This document shows, in pieces, positions 50,096 through 63,027 of a stretch of 64,000 nucleotides of DNA. Within the stretch, counting starts at the first letter, position 1, and every line of letters begins with the position of its first letter. A program made the translations under genes and the position numbers. The stretch comes from Eledone cirrhosa (lineage: Eukaryota), in assembly GCA_964016885.1 (NCBI GenBank), contig OZ024752.1:23932001-23996000 (forward strand). The letters are read 5' to 3'. The notes below the pieces were generated by a model, which was not told the origin of the DNA, searched no databases, and saw only the letters and a list, made by a program, of their open reading frames with translations.

Positions 50096-51056
50096 TGTCT
50101 GTATGTGTGTATATATTTGTATATTTGTGTGTGTATATGTATGTATATGTGGATAAACCAGGGCTTTCTTTCATTCTGAAGATTGAAGGAAACTGTTTTT
50201 GCTTTTAAGAAACCTCTGGTGAATGGATTAATTGCCTTGTATGGCTTTATTACTTTACTACTATATATACGTTTATGTAAGGTTCATTTGTCTTATCTAA
50301 TACTGAGCTTTACACATACACACATGTATATGTGTGTGTGTATGTGTATGCATGTGTGTATGTGTACGTGTATGTGTGTATATATATATATGTATATGTA
50401 TATATGTATATATGTATATGTATGTGTATGTATGTATATGTTGCGTGTGTTTTTATTTATTTTTATGTATGTGTGGGTTTGTGTGTGGGTGTGTGTGTGT
50501 GTATATATGTGTGTGTATTTGGTTGTGCGTTCTTTTGATATATACGTATTTGCATGTGTATAATTGTTTAGCTATGTATGTATATGTGTGTTTACGTATT
50601 TATATGTGTGTGTGTTTTTATATTTTTGTATATATATATATATATATGTATATGTGTGTGTATATAATTACATATACATGTGTGTGTTTATATTGTATAC
50701 GTGTACGTGTTTGCGTATGTATGTGTATGTACCTGTTTATGTATTTGTATATGTATATTTATGTGTGAGAGTGTGTGTATGTGTTTACTATTTCGAACGT
50801 ATGTATATGTGCTTATGTGTGTATTACTTACCACGCGTGTCTGTCCTGTTAGCTGGGGCATGTATCGCTGTCAAATATTTGTTAATATTATTTATATATA
50901 TATATATATTTTTTTTCTTATATTTATTTGCGTGTGTTAATATGTAGTGGAGTGCATTCATGTATGTGTATGTATGTACGTTGTATGTTTGTGTGAATGT
51001 ATGTATATGTGTGTGTATATATATGTGTGTGTGTATGTGTAGGCTTGTACACACAG

Positions 51057-51096
<40 letters not shown>

Positions 51097-51158
51097 ATGA
51101 ATATATGTATGTGTATATGTGTGTATATATGTGTATGTGTGTGTGTAGGTGTACGCTC

Positions 51159-51219
<61 letters not shown>

Positions 51220-51510
51220 ATGTGTATATGTGTATGCGTGCAAATTATATGTGTATATATGTGTGTGTGTGTAAGTATGCTTTTGTGTTTTTTTGTGTGT
51301 GTTTGCATGTGTAGTTTTATTTTATTTTATTTTTCCTTTCCTTCTCCCTTTTCCAGCCTCACTTTCATATAGATTGCATTTTTGTTTTTAGAATCCATAT
51401 TCAATAAACAAACCAGGATTTTTCATTCTGAGGATTGAAAGCAAAACCTTTTGCTTTTAAGAAACCACTGGTAAATGGAATAATTGCCTTATGTTGTTTA
51501 TTACATAATA
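49180..51510. repeat. Inverted repeat pair (~49180-49620 / ~51055-51510) around TA/TG low-complexity DNA
   Basis: Near-identical reverse-complement arms; diverged family copies at ~50150-50250 and 53650-54185. Confidence 0.85.
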
Positions 51511-51579
51511 ATAATAATTAAGCTCTGTTGCTTACATAGAGCACTCTTTTTTCCTGGACTTTTCCGATGGAATTACTTC

Positions 51580-51640
<61 letters not shown>

Positions 51641-51646
<6 letters not shown>

Positions 51647-52704
51647 CAAATAACGAAACGAAATTAAATTTCGTTTCGTTTGTAACTCACTTTTGTATGA
51701 CTGACGCTTAAACAATTAAGTTAAAAATGTACATCCACATATGTATACTGAAATACTAGTATGCATATGAATACACACACGTGTACATATGTAGATGTAC
51801 CGAGTTTTTCACTGGACACTTTACTGTGAGTGTTCAGCTATTCTGTATGTAAACACACAGACAAACCGGTTTTTAGAGTCATACTGGTTTTCGAGGAAAC
51901 ACCTTTCCTCTATTCTTCAGAAAGCCAGACAGGAATATTGGACTAGTTTCGATCTTGTTACATCTCATCAGCAATATTTACCTATCCTCCGGCCTTTCTA
52001 GAGAATCGTAAAAGCACATATCGTTATATGCTTTTTCTATGAAAATTAGTAGTGGGCAGACTAATTTGCATAGAGCGTGAGTACGTACCGGTTCAGCGGA
52101 GACGATAAAAACAAATAACGAAACGAAATTAAATTTCGTTTCGTTTGTAACTCACTTTTGTATGACTGACGCTTAAACAATTAAGTTAAAAATGTACATC
52201 CACATATGTATACTGAAATACTAGTATGCATATGAATACACACACGTGTACATATGTAGATGTACCGAGTTTTTCACTGGACACTTTACTGTGAGTGTTC
52301 AGCTATTCTGTATGTAAACACACAGACTTATTTAACTTAATTGTTTAAGCGTCAGTCATACAAAAGTGAGTTACAAACGAAACGAAATTTAATTTCGTTT
52401 CGTTATTTGTTTTTATCGTCTCCGCTGAACCGGTACGTACTCACGCTCTATGCAAATTAGTCTGCCCACTACTAATTTTCATAGAAAAAGCATATAACGA
52501 TATGTGCTTTTACGATTCTCTAGAAAGGCCGGAGGATAGGTAAATATTGGTGATGAGATGTAACAACATCGAAACTAGTCCAATATTCCTGTCTGGCTTT
52601 CTGGAGAATAGAGGAAAGGTGTTTCCTCGAAAACCAGTATGACTCTAAAAACCGGTTTGTCTGTGTGTTTACATACAGAATAGCTGAACACTCACAGTAA
52701 AGTG
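51641..52704 (-). mobile_element. Retrozyme-like 465-bp tandem unit with inverted copy
   Basis: Monomer 51641-52105, partial repeat 52106-52327, inverted copy 52331-52704, hammerhead inside. No credible ORF. Confidence 0.8.
51934..51978 (-). ncRNA. Type I hammerhead ribozyme, canonical core
   Basis: aatattg-CTGATGA-gat gtaacaag atc-GAAA-ctag-TC-caatatt. Confidence 0.88.
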
Positions 52705-52912
52705 GCCTAGTGGTAAAAGTGTTGGACTTACGATATTTCACGTTGTTCCAGTATACTCAGCTGAAAATGAGTACCAGCAATAGTTGGAGGTTTAACCTTG
52801 AGATGGACTGGCGTCCTGTCCAGGGGGGAGTCTTGTACTCTCAGCCGCATCACACCATGAAACCGGGATAAGCACCGGCCAAATAACCCTTCTGGCTTAA
52901 GACAGACTTTAG
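52705..52912 (+). mobile_element. SINE with a CORE-like central segment
   Basis: gcctagtggt head remnant, then cagctgaaaatgagtaccag...gatggactggcgtcctgtccagggg...gaaaccggga. Confidence 0.6.
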
Positions 52913-52988
52913 ATATATATATATATACATATACATTTACACAATGATATTTGATAAATGGAAACTATATTTATAAAACCATATTTAT

Positions 52989-53043
52989 TCTATTATATAT
53001 ATTTCAAGTGTACCAAAACTTTGGTACGCTCTCATCAGATAAA
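52989..53043 (-). ncRNA. Type I hammerhead ribozyme, canonical core
   Basis: tttat-CTGATGA-gagcgtaccaaa gt tttggtacactt-GAAA-tatata-TA-ataga. Confidence 0.8.
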
Positions 53044-53649
53044 ATACAAAGTTTATTTTATAAATATTGACATAACCAGAAGAACTTAACGGTTCAAGTT
53101 TTTCCTGGCTAGTGAAGGAAAGAAGGGAAATAGAAGAAAAGTAAAATATTTCAAATTATTAAGATGAGTATGCAGATAAGGTTGAGGCATATGGCTGGAA
53201 AAAAAACGTTATTTTTAGACGCTAGGTAGATTTAAATAATTATTAGGATATATGTATGTGTAGGAAGAAGAAAAAGAAAAAAGAAGAGCTTGTATTTATG
53301 TTAATTAAAAAAAATTAACTGTTTGTAGGAATGGTGGAATATGATTCAAGAATTAAAAAAATTATTTAGCTATATTATGAGTTATATTGTATATATAATC
53401 AATTATATGAAGAATTATGGTTGTAAGTTCATTTTATCTTATAACAGGTCGTAAGTATATAAATATCTATATAAATTAATAATTGTGCAACTATATAAGT
53501 ATTATTGGTGATTTTATAGAAATAAACCGCAGGTATTAATTGTTTACATTTCTAGTGAGTTACGAAGGATGTTGATTTTAGATTTTACATAAATATTTAA
53601 GAAAAAGACGTAGTTGTAAGAGGAGAACAATTTGTAAATTCAAATATTT

Positions 53650-53924
53650 TGTTCTTGAAAGCAACCAAAATTGCTTTCATTCATCAGAATGAAAAAATCC
53701 TGGTGTCTATTCACAGTGGATTTGAAAAACAAAAATATAACAGATATGAAAGTGAGGCTGGAGGGAAAAAAAAGGGGGGGAGGGAGAATAATAAAAAAGA
53801 AATTATAACAACACATACGTACACGCACACACACTCACATATACATACATATATACATTTATATATATAAATATATACACGCACATATACACGCAAATAT
53901 ACACATATACACGGAGACTCATAT

Positions 53925-53962
<38 letters not shown>

Positions 53963-54140
53963 ACCTGTGTGTGTACGTATGTGTTGTTATAATTTCTTTT
54001 TTATTATCCCCCCCCCCTTTTTTTTTCCTCCACCCTCACTTTCATATCTGTTATATTTTTGTTTTTCAAATCCACTGTGAATAGACACCAGGATTTTTTC
54101 ATTCTGATGAATGAAAGCAATCTTGGTTGCTTTCAAGAAA
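53650..54140. repeat. Inverted repeat (~53650-53825 / ~53970-54140)
   Basis: Reverse-complement arms; same family as the 49180/51510 pair. Confidence 0.85.
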
Positions 54141-54185
54141 CCACTGGTAAATGAAATAATTATCTTATGTTGTTTATTACATAAC

Positions 54186-54256
<71 letters not shown>

Positions 54257-54265
<9 letters not shown>

Positions 54266-54665
54266 TAAAAAAATAATGAATAAAACAATGAAACAGTTCC
54301 TTATATTAAACAAAAAAAGTTCATTATTTAACGATCGTTTCTAGGATATATATGTGTTAGAATTGGCATGCATATTCAACAGATCTATGTACAAAATTAT
54401 ACAAAATTATACAAACTATCAAAATTAAATATACATACCCAACACATATATATGCCGTCGAAGACGGCATATATATGTGTTGGGTATGTATATTTAATTT
54501 TGATAGTTTGTATAATTTTGTATAATTTTGTACATAGATCTGTTGAATATGCATGCCAATTCTAACACATATATATCCTAGAAACGATCGTTAAATAATG
54601 AACTTTTTTTGTTTAATATAAGGAACTGTTTCATTGTTTTATTCATTATTTTTTTAATATTTTAT
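54257..54665. repeat. Perfect palindrome with 203-bp arms and a 3-nt GAA loop
   Basis: Arms 54257-54459 and 54463-54665. The ORF track shows mirror-identical translations on both strands. Confidence 0.95.
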
Positions 54666-54794
54666 CTTGACTCTGTATTCCGTTTATCTTTCACCGAAAG
54701 TGATTTTTCATTGCATCTCTTCTTTCCATGATATCCGGATTACATTGAGTTCTTCATACGGATTGGACACTACCGTAAACTCTTGGTAGATTTA

Positions 54795-54796
54795 TC

Positions 54797-54894
<98 letters not shown>

Positions 54895-55771
54895 TGAAGA
54901 TGTCTGTCTGAGTTTGAATCCCTAAAAATCGAGAAGCACCCAATCAGCTGTTTTCAAACTTTACACATGTAATACTTATGTTTCAGGGAGTGTTCTGAGC
55001 AAAAAGAATTTCAAATTTTCAATGCCCTGGGGACCGCATTAGGCGATCTCTCTCTATAATTCTTAGTCTTTCTCTTTTTAGATAGATACATACATATAAC
55101 GTCGCACCCTTATAATATTTATCTCTATGTCTGGGTGTCTGCTTTACGTCACTTCCCTGAGGATGTCTGTGTGTGTGTATATGTGTGTCTGTGAGTTTGA
55201 ATCCCTAAAACTCGAGAAGTACCCAACCGATTTTTTTCAAACTTTACATGAGTATTACTTATGTTTCAGGGAGCACATAAAAAATTCAACTTTTTGATCT
55301 CTTAGGGCCCGCATTAGGTGAAAAATTGCGTTTTTTCAGCTTTTTATTTTCTTTTAGGCGTTATATCAGACCGATTTCCTTGAAATTGTAACTATGTATT
55401 AGTCAGTCTCTTCCTCATACCGTGAGCAAAGAAAATCCAACTTTTTTATGGCCTAGGTCCCTCATTAGGTGAAAAACTTCAATTTTTTCAGCTTTTTAGG
55501 GCTTTTTTGAGGCGTTACGTCTAGCCGATTTTTCCCGAAATTTCAAGGCATATTATGCACATAAAAAAAATTCATTTTCTTGATCCCCTAGGTGAAAACC
55601 TGCATTTTTCCTGCTTCATCGAGGAAAATCTTAAAGATTATCCAGCCATCAGAGTATTCGGTTTATTTTCTCTACATATTGTCCAGGCATGCAGTTTTTC
55701 CATGATTAGGTCTGTTGGCGGCCTGCGTTCCAAAATACCTTATCCCGTGCAACGCCGGGTACCACTGCTAG
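54795..55771 (+). mobile_element. Non-autonomous Helitron
   Basis: 5' A|TC start; 3' GC-rich hairpin cccgtgcaacgccggg (55744-55759) then CTAG|T; internal tandem duplications. Confidence 0.8.
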
Positions 55772-55879
<108 letters not shown>

Positions 55880-56039
55880 TGTATATATATCTAGGGAGTG
55901 TAACTTGGAGTTACTGCAGGTTCACCCGGGCGAGCACTCGATGTTTAGGTTCACTTCTGCGATGAGGTGTAGAGCTATACAGAGTGTAATATATTGAAAG
56001 GATAACAAGGACGATTGGTTACTCCGTCATTACATTTAT

Positions 56040-57500
56040 TGATAGGTGACGCGCGTTTCGCCACTGATCAGCTCAAGGTTCGATCTGTATAGATCTTACC
56101 CGACTCAATGATCGGCAGCTCGACGGACCCTTTAAAATGTTAGTAGAAAATGAATACATGCTATATGATAAAGTCAGAAGTTCATATGTTGGTCAATATG
56201 AATTGTTTTGATTGGTGGAATAGATCATAGGGATATTTTCGCCTGTAGTGTATGTGGGGGTGGGCGTGATGATAAGATGTTGGTGACGGTCGCTGGCTGG
56301 GTGGCCTGTGGTGTGGGGGTGGTGGATTGTCGGTAGACAGATTGGCTTATTTTTGTGGCTGATTATTGCGTGTGGTGGTGTGGTTTTGTTGTTTATGGTA
56401 ATGGTGTTTATGGTGGTGTGGTGGATGTGTTGGTGGTGTCAAGTCAATAGGGAAATACATACCTAGACACTCTTAGTCTGACAAAAACGTTGTATACATA
56501 CACATGCGTATATATACTAACATATACACATACACACTTATATACACACACATACATACTTACACATACTCACATATACCTATATTTATATATATATATA
56601 TACACATATATGCGCATGCGCGCGTGTGTATATATATAGAGAGGGGGTGGGGTGGAGTGTCTGTGGGAATGGCGTAGTACAGAGATAGAGGGTCGGTGGG
56701 GATGGCGTTGTGATATGTTCAACAGTATATTTACATGATCAGTTGTTACGGTGGGTTACAGGGTAAAGCTGACAGAGAGGGCAGATATAACACAGTCGTT
56801 CTGGGAGTGATGGATATGTGTTGGTGATGTTAATGATGTTAATGATTGTTGAAGTATGGAGATGTATCTAGTGGTGGCGGTGGTGGTGTGTGCGACAGTA
56901 CATTTACAGGATCTAATTTTGCGAGGGGTTGTAGGTTAAGGCAGACAGAGGGAACATGGGGGAATAAGGTTGCGGATGTGGGATGGTAGACATATAGCGA
57001 TGTGTGCTGTGGTGGTGGTGATGGGGTGATGTGATCGACATTATATTTACAGGATCAGATGTTACTATGGATTACAAGGTAAAACCTGACAGAGAGGACA
57101 GATAGAACACAAATTTACAAAGATGAGGGGTGTATGGCGATGTTACTTTTGGTGGGGGTGATGTATACGGCATGATATACAAAATATGGGCTTACAAATG
57201 GTTACATGGAATAAAATAAAATAAATTCACTGAGATGAGGGATGGTGAGACGGGGCAAAGGTGGTTATTATTATGTTGGGTCATGGTTAGTGTGCGGCCC
57301 TCCGCCGAATATTTGTGCAGAAAATGTGTTCAGCCTGGTGTGTCTGCAATTGATAATTATGTCCGACCTATAGTTTATGGTAGATTTTAATTTAATTATT
57401 TCTGCCGCCTCAGCCAGGCATAACCTGCAGTGGTTTCTGTCACTGGGGAGTTGCGCCACGCGCCTTTTGACTGACCATGTGATCTGGGATTCGATGTTTC
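56040..57500 (-). mobile_element. Penelope-like (Naiad-type) 3' fragment with hammerhead-like motif
   Basis: CRLCLAE...INYRSD...CRH GIY-YIG C-terminus (57271-57459). Motif gggt-CCGTCGA-long stem II-GAAA-cgcgcg-TC-acct at 56044-56130. Confidence 0.7.
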
Positions 57501-57502
57501 TG

Positions 57503-57546
<44 letters not shown>

Positions 57547-57547
<1 letters not shown>

Positions 57548-59378
57548 GTGAAAAATTGAACGGGAACAAAACAGAGAGGCAGTACAAACAAAGGTTTATT
57601 AATTTCACGCTCTTGAGAGTGGGGTAGTGGTGGGGAACGACGTTTCGGGCATAAGCCCTTCTTCAGATGAAAAGTGTGTGGGAAGAGATTTTCCCGGTAT
57701 GTAGGGGAGTGGTGGAGAGACATATAGCAAAATGGGGTGAGAGGAAACGGTGCAAATGAAATTAAAAATAAAGGCATGATCAAAATAAAATTAAAATGGG
57801 GTAAAACAGGTGGTGGAAGGGGTGGGGCGTGTAGGGGGGGGGGGGGGGTGTGGAGAGGGAGACGGGGTGTCCGAGCGGGGAGGGCTGAAGGTGGTGTGTG
57901 TGTGTAGGTGTACGTGTGTGTGTGTGTGTGTGTATGTGAAAGCAAGGGTTGGGGGAAGATCGGGGTTGCATGTTCTGGAAGAGGTGTGTGTGGTGTGGGG
58001 TGTAGGTCGGAGTGCGTGTGCGTGTGTGGATAGAGGGGTGGGGGAGAGGATTCCGGAGGCTGAATGTGTAAATATGTGGTGGTACGCACGTGTGTGTGTG
58101 GTGTTTATGCGTGTTGTGAATGTAGGTGGCGTGTGGGAAAAAAAATTGTTTGGGGCGTGTATGTGGGGTGAGTCATAAAGGTAATTCCGTAAAAAGATGT
58201 GGTGGAATGCTGAGTAAAATCCTTGGATGCGGTGGATTCTCGGGGTCAAGGTTCACATATGTGTAATCCGTGAAGAGATTGGTCGGAAGAGGGGAGATGT
58301 GGGGTGCGCGCGCAACAGGAAGTGGTCAGAGGGTCAAGGCAGGAGGAGTGTTGTGTGTCTGTGTGTGCGGGGAGGTGGTCAGAGGGAATAGCAGCAGTAG
58401 GGTAGAATGGTAAGTGAAGGTGTGTTGTGTGTCTGTGTGTGCGGGGAGGTGGTCAGAGGGCATAGCAGCAGTAGGGTAGAATGGTAAGTGAAGGTGTGTC
58501 AGTGTGTGCGGTGGACAGGGGAGAGGATGGGTAGGTGTGAAAGTTGGAGTGAGGAGGGGGTGTATTAGTAGGGGTGTTAGTGGGATGAGTGAGTGTTTGA
58601 GAAAGGGTGTGGGTGGAGCGGGGAGAGAAGGGTGTGGAGGCCGATGGAGGGAGTGTAGTGTACTGGTGTGTGTGTGTGGTGAAGGGGGTGTTAGTGGGTG
58701 TTAGTATACAGGAGGTGGAGAAAGGGTTGAATGCGGGTGTGAGTGGGGGTCAGTGGTGGTAGGGTGTGTAGAGTGGGTGGTGTAAGAGGGTGTGTGTACG
58801 TGTGTGTACGTGTGCGTAGGGTTGGGGGGTGTTAGTGATGTTAGTTGCGTGTAGGGTGGGTGGTGTAAGTGGGTGTGTGTGTTCGTGTGCTTGGGGTCAG
58901 GGGGTGTTAGTGATGTTAGTTGCGGGGTGGTGGGGTGGATGTGTGGGGGTGAGGGTTAGTGGTGGTAGTAGGGTGTGTGTTTATTGTGAGCGCGTGTATA
59001 TATGTACCGGTGGGTGTGTGCGTGTGATAAGGAGGGGGGGAGAAGAAGGGAGGGATGTTAGTATGTTAGTTGGGGAAGAGTGGTCGGATGTGGGGTGGAG
59101 GTGTTAGTATTGTTAGTTGTGGGGTGGGCGGTGAAAAGGAGGGGCGTGTTAGTGGTGTTAGTGGGGGCTATGTGTGGGGGGAGGGGGCGGTCGAAGGCTA
59201 AAGGAATAAGGGTGGGGAGTTCAGGCCGGGGGGAGTGTGGGTCTGTAAGATGAAGATGGTTCGTTGTTCGACTCTTAGGAGATTGGCGGGTGTTCCGTGG
59301 CATTGGAGTAGGCCACAGACTGTGAGATGGTGTGAGGAATGTCCAGGGGCACCAAAGTGGCGGGCGATGGGGGAATTA

Positions 59379-59385
<7 letters not shown>
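57547..59385 (-). mobile_element. Second copy of the GT-rich PLE-like element
   Basis: Direct repeat of 47250-48510; CTGAAGA...GAAACGTC at 57636-57669 (-). Confidence 0.65.
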
Positions 59386-59427
<42 letters not shown>

Positions 59428-59431
<4 letters not shown>

Positions 59432-61750
59432 CTTTCCTCAAAGAATATTACAATCTCACTATTAAATTTGAAAACACCAGTAAAATAGTTAATTTCCTAG
59501 ATATAACTTTAGACTTATCTACGGCTATCTACCAACCTTAACATAAACCTAACCAAAACTTGCATTACATACACTCATAATCCAATCACCCTGATCTATC
59601 CTTAAAAACCTAGCATATAATATCTCACTCAGAATCTCTAACCTTTCATCTAACCAGGATGTATTCGATAAAAATGCAACCTTTTATAACGAAGCTTTAG
59701 CTAGAAGCGGCCACAAAAACAAATTAGTCTATATACCTTGCACCAATAATACTTCAAACATACAACCCAATATTACCAATAAACACCAAATGAAAAACCC
59801 ACACCTAAATGCCACTCACACTACACCCCAAAATACCAACTTAAACCTTAATTTCTCTACCTCTTCTCACATAAAATATAACTTTCAAAAAACCATCCAT
59901 CCTAATACTCCAATATATGTTAATAACATTACTAACAAAATTCCTAATAATCAGACTAAAACACCTAAATCAGTTAATCTAACTAAACCTATATATAATA
60001 AATTCACTAATAGTAACTCTCTTAGTAAACATCCTGATACATCGTATAAAAATATAAAACAATATCGAAACCGTAATAGACGAGTTACTTGGTATAATGC
60101 TCCATTTAATCTACAAATTAAAGATAATATCCCTAACATTTTTTTACTATCCTAGAGAAAAACTTCCCGCCAAACCATAAATACCATCAAATTTTAAATA
60201 GATCAACTGTCAAATTTTCCTACTCCACTACCAAAAATATACAACAAAATATAAGTGCGTACAACGCATATAAATGTAAAAAAACCCACGAATATACCAC
60301 CGACACATCAAACCAACCATAATACTAAAATAAACCGCAACAAACCACCATCTCCTTCACATATAACAAGTCGAGTAAATTCCACACCAAATTTGACTAA
60401 CTCCCCTGATATAATATTCACGAATGGTTGTAATTATAGAAACAAAAGAAATTGCCCATTAAAGGGAAATTGTCTTATTAATAACATAGTCTATAAATGT
60501 AAAATTAGCACTAAGGACTCCACTTATTCATATATAGGAGCTACGTCTAACCAATTTAAAGTAAGATTTAATACCCACAAACATAGTTTTAAAAATGCCG
60601 CATTAGTTAATACAACATCCTTGGCTGAAACAATTAATAATTATAGAAAAAAGAATATCGATTACAACCTGACCTGGAGTGTGCTCAAAAGGGCCACCCC
60701 TTATCAAAATAACAGATACGAGTGTAGATTATGCTCCCGGGAACTTTTTGAAATAATGAAATCTAAGGATATCCTATTAAATAAGCGACAAGAATTAATT
60801 ATATCTTGCAATCATAGAATTAGAAGAACCTTCAAATATTATAAATCTAATTAATTTGCACCTTACACTTATAGTTTACATATTATTATAATTAGTTTTT
60901 TTAATTTAGTTAACCTATAATTAGTACTTTACTACAGAGAACTTCATAATTTTATTTCCCTCTTACAGCTCTCTTTTCCTAAAATTAATACCTAAAAGTA
61001 TACATATAAATTAATTTAATTTCCTGTTATGAATCTAGATTCCTTGTAGTTTATATAAGATTGGTATTTCTCACTACTACCCTTATCCCAACATTTTATT
61101 TTCCTTCGTTTTTAACATTCTTTAATAACATCTAATTCATATTTATCACATCCATATGAATTAATATACATTTATCCCTATAAGTATACCTATCAATTGA
61201 TTTAATTTCTTGTTATAGATCTAAATTCCTTGTGGTTTAAATAAGATTGGTATTTCTCACTAATACCCTTACCCTAAAATTTTACTCTCCTTCATTTTTA
61301 ACATTATTCTTTAATAACATCAAATTTTAGTGTACCCTTCACCGACTTGACCTCTTTTCATCCCCAAAGTATTCTTTTCATTCAAAGTATTCTTTCCATT
61401 CAAAACATAAGTCTGCATTCCTCTACCCCCAAATTAAATTTCTACTACTACTATTCTATCAACTTGACCTCTTACTACTTTTCTATTGGTCAATTCAAAA
61501 CCTGTTCCCAAACAGACCTATTATATTAAATCTTTGTTGGTTTTTTTCAATAAACAAATCTCATCATTTCTGAAGACAGCATATATATGTAAAGGTATGT
61601 ATATTTCTTCTGATAGCTTGTAATATTTTTACATAGATCTATATGATATACATACCAACACACATATATATCCTAGAAACGATCGCAAAATTATGAATTT
61701 TTTAATATAAGGAACTGGTTCTTTGTTTTTATTCATTGTTTTTATTAATT
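59428..61750 (+). mobile_element. 5'-truncated Penelope-like element (Naiad-type): RT thumb, GIY-YIG and 3' UTR
   Basis: VNFLDITLDL, WYNAPF, CN.....CPL.GNC...VYKC...YIGAT..FKVRFNTHKHSF...CRLC..E...LNKRQE..CNH. Confidence 0.88.
60255..60854 (+). pseudogene. GIY-YIG endonuclease domain of the Penelope-like element
   Basis: IVY...YIG motif, conserved R/H/E/N and Cys clusters. Confidence 0.88.
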
Positions 61751-61775
61751 TATATATATACATATATATATATAC

Positions 61776-61806
<31 letters not shown>

Positions 61807-61965
61807 CATATATATATGTATACACATATATATATATATACATATATATATACATATATATAACACATATATATATATATATATACATATTTATATATAT
61901 ACATATAAATATATATATATATATACATATACATTATATATATATATATATACATATATATATAC

Positions 61966-62013
<48 letters not shown>

Positions 62014-62022
62014 GTACATATA

Positions 62023-62096
<74 letters not shown>

Positions 62097-62145
62097 TATA
62101 TACATATATATATATATATAAATATATATATATACACACACACAC

Positions 62146-62190
<45 letters not shown>

Positions 62191-62199
62191 TATATGTGT

Positions 62200-62962
62200 A
62201 TATATATAAATCTGAACATTTCTGTATGTATGTGTGTATGTGTATATGTGTGTCGACCTTTTTTAATGAAGGCTCATATATTCTAAACCATTCATGCGAT
62301 TTCTTTGAAATTCTTTACAGAGCTTCTCCTTGCACAAAACCTGTACATGATCTACAAAGGCTTTCAAAAATCGTTATTGTGGCCTTTGGAGACATTAAAA
62401 AAGTTTCGGTTATTTGTGTGAATTTTCGTGATTAAGTAAGACAAGAGTTATCTTTCGTAATCAATAGTTATCTTTCGTAATTCGGTTCATTCGGATTTTA
62501 ATTTACTCTTTGTACTTGAAACAAAGAGAATAACAATATTATTTTGTATATTTCACAACCAGCAATTTCTAACAGATTACTAAGTTAAGTTATAGATTTG
62601 ACATTGTATAATTTATCGTTTCAAGCTTGATGTTCATATTAACTGATCTCATAACTTTTACAATATTATACTTAAATTTATCTAAAGGATGTTTTATACA
62701 TGAAAGACTTAGAATTATTCTATTTTTTCGCATAGATTAGACTACGTTTCTGACACATAATTTAATTATTAACTTACATACCCTGTACATTTCCAACGTT
62801 CTACCGCTACATGTACTTCAAATACATTTTACAATTAATCTTTGTTTTTACATTCGATTGTGTTATATCGTGTTTCTTCTATGTATTCAAATTTACTTTG
62901 TTTAGTTTAATGAGCTACATCGAAAGCTACTTGAACCGTCCAAAGGATGGGTAGTTTAGCTA

Positions 62963-62963
<1 letters not shown>
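62200..62963 (+). mobile_element. Non-autonomous Helitron
   Basis: 3' hairpin ccgtcc aaa ggatgg (62936-62950) then CTAG|T at 62960-62964. The 5' end is lost in (TA)n. Confidence 0.7.

Positions 62964-63024
<61 letters not shown>

Positions 63025-63027
<3 letters not shown>

Noticed and set aside
60990-61325. ~185-bp tandem duplication in the PLE 3' UTR as a retrozyme unit
   Set aside because: No hammerhead core in the repeated unit; it looks like an ordinary local duplication.
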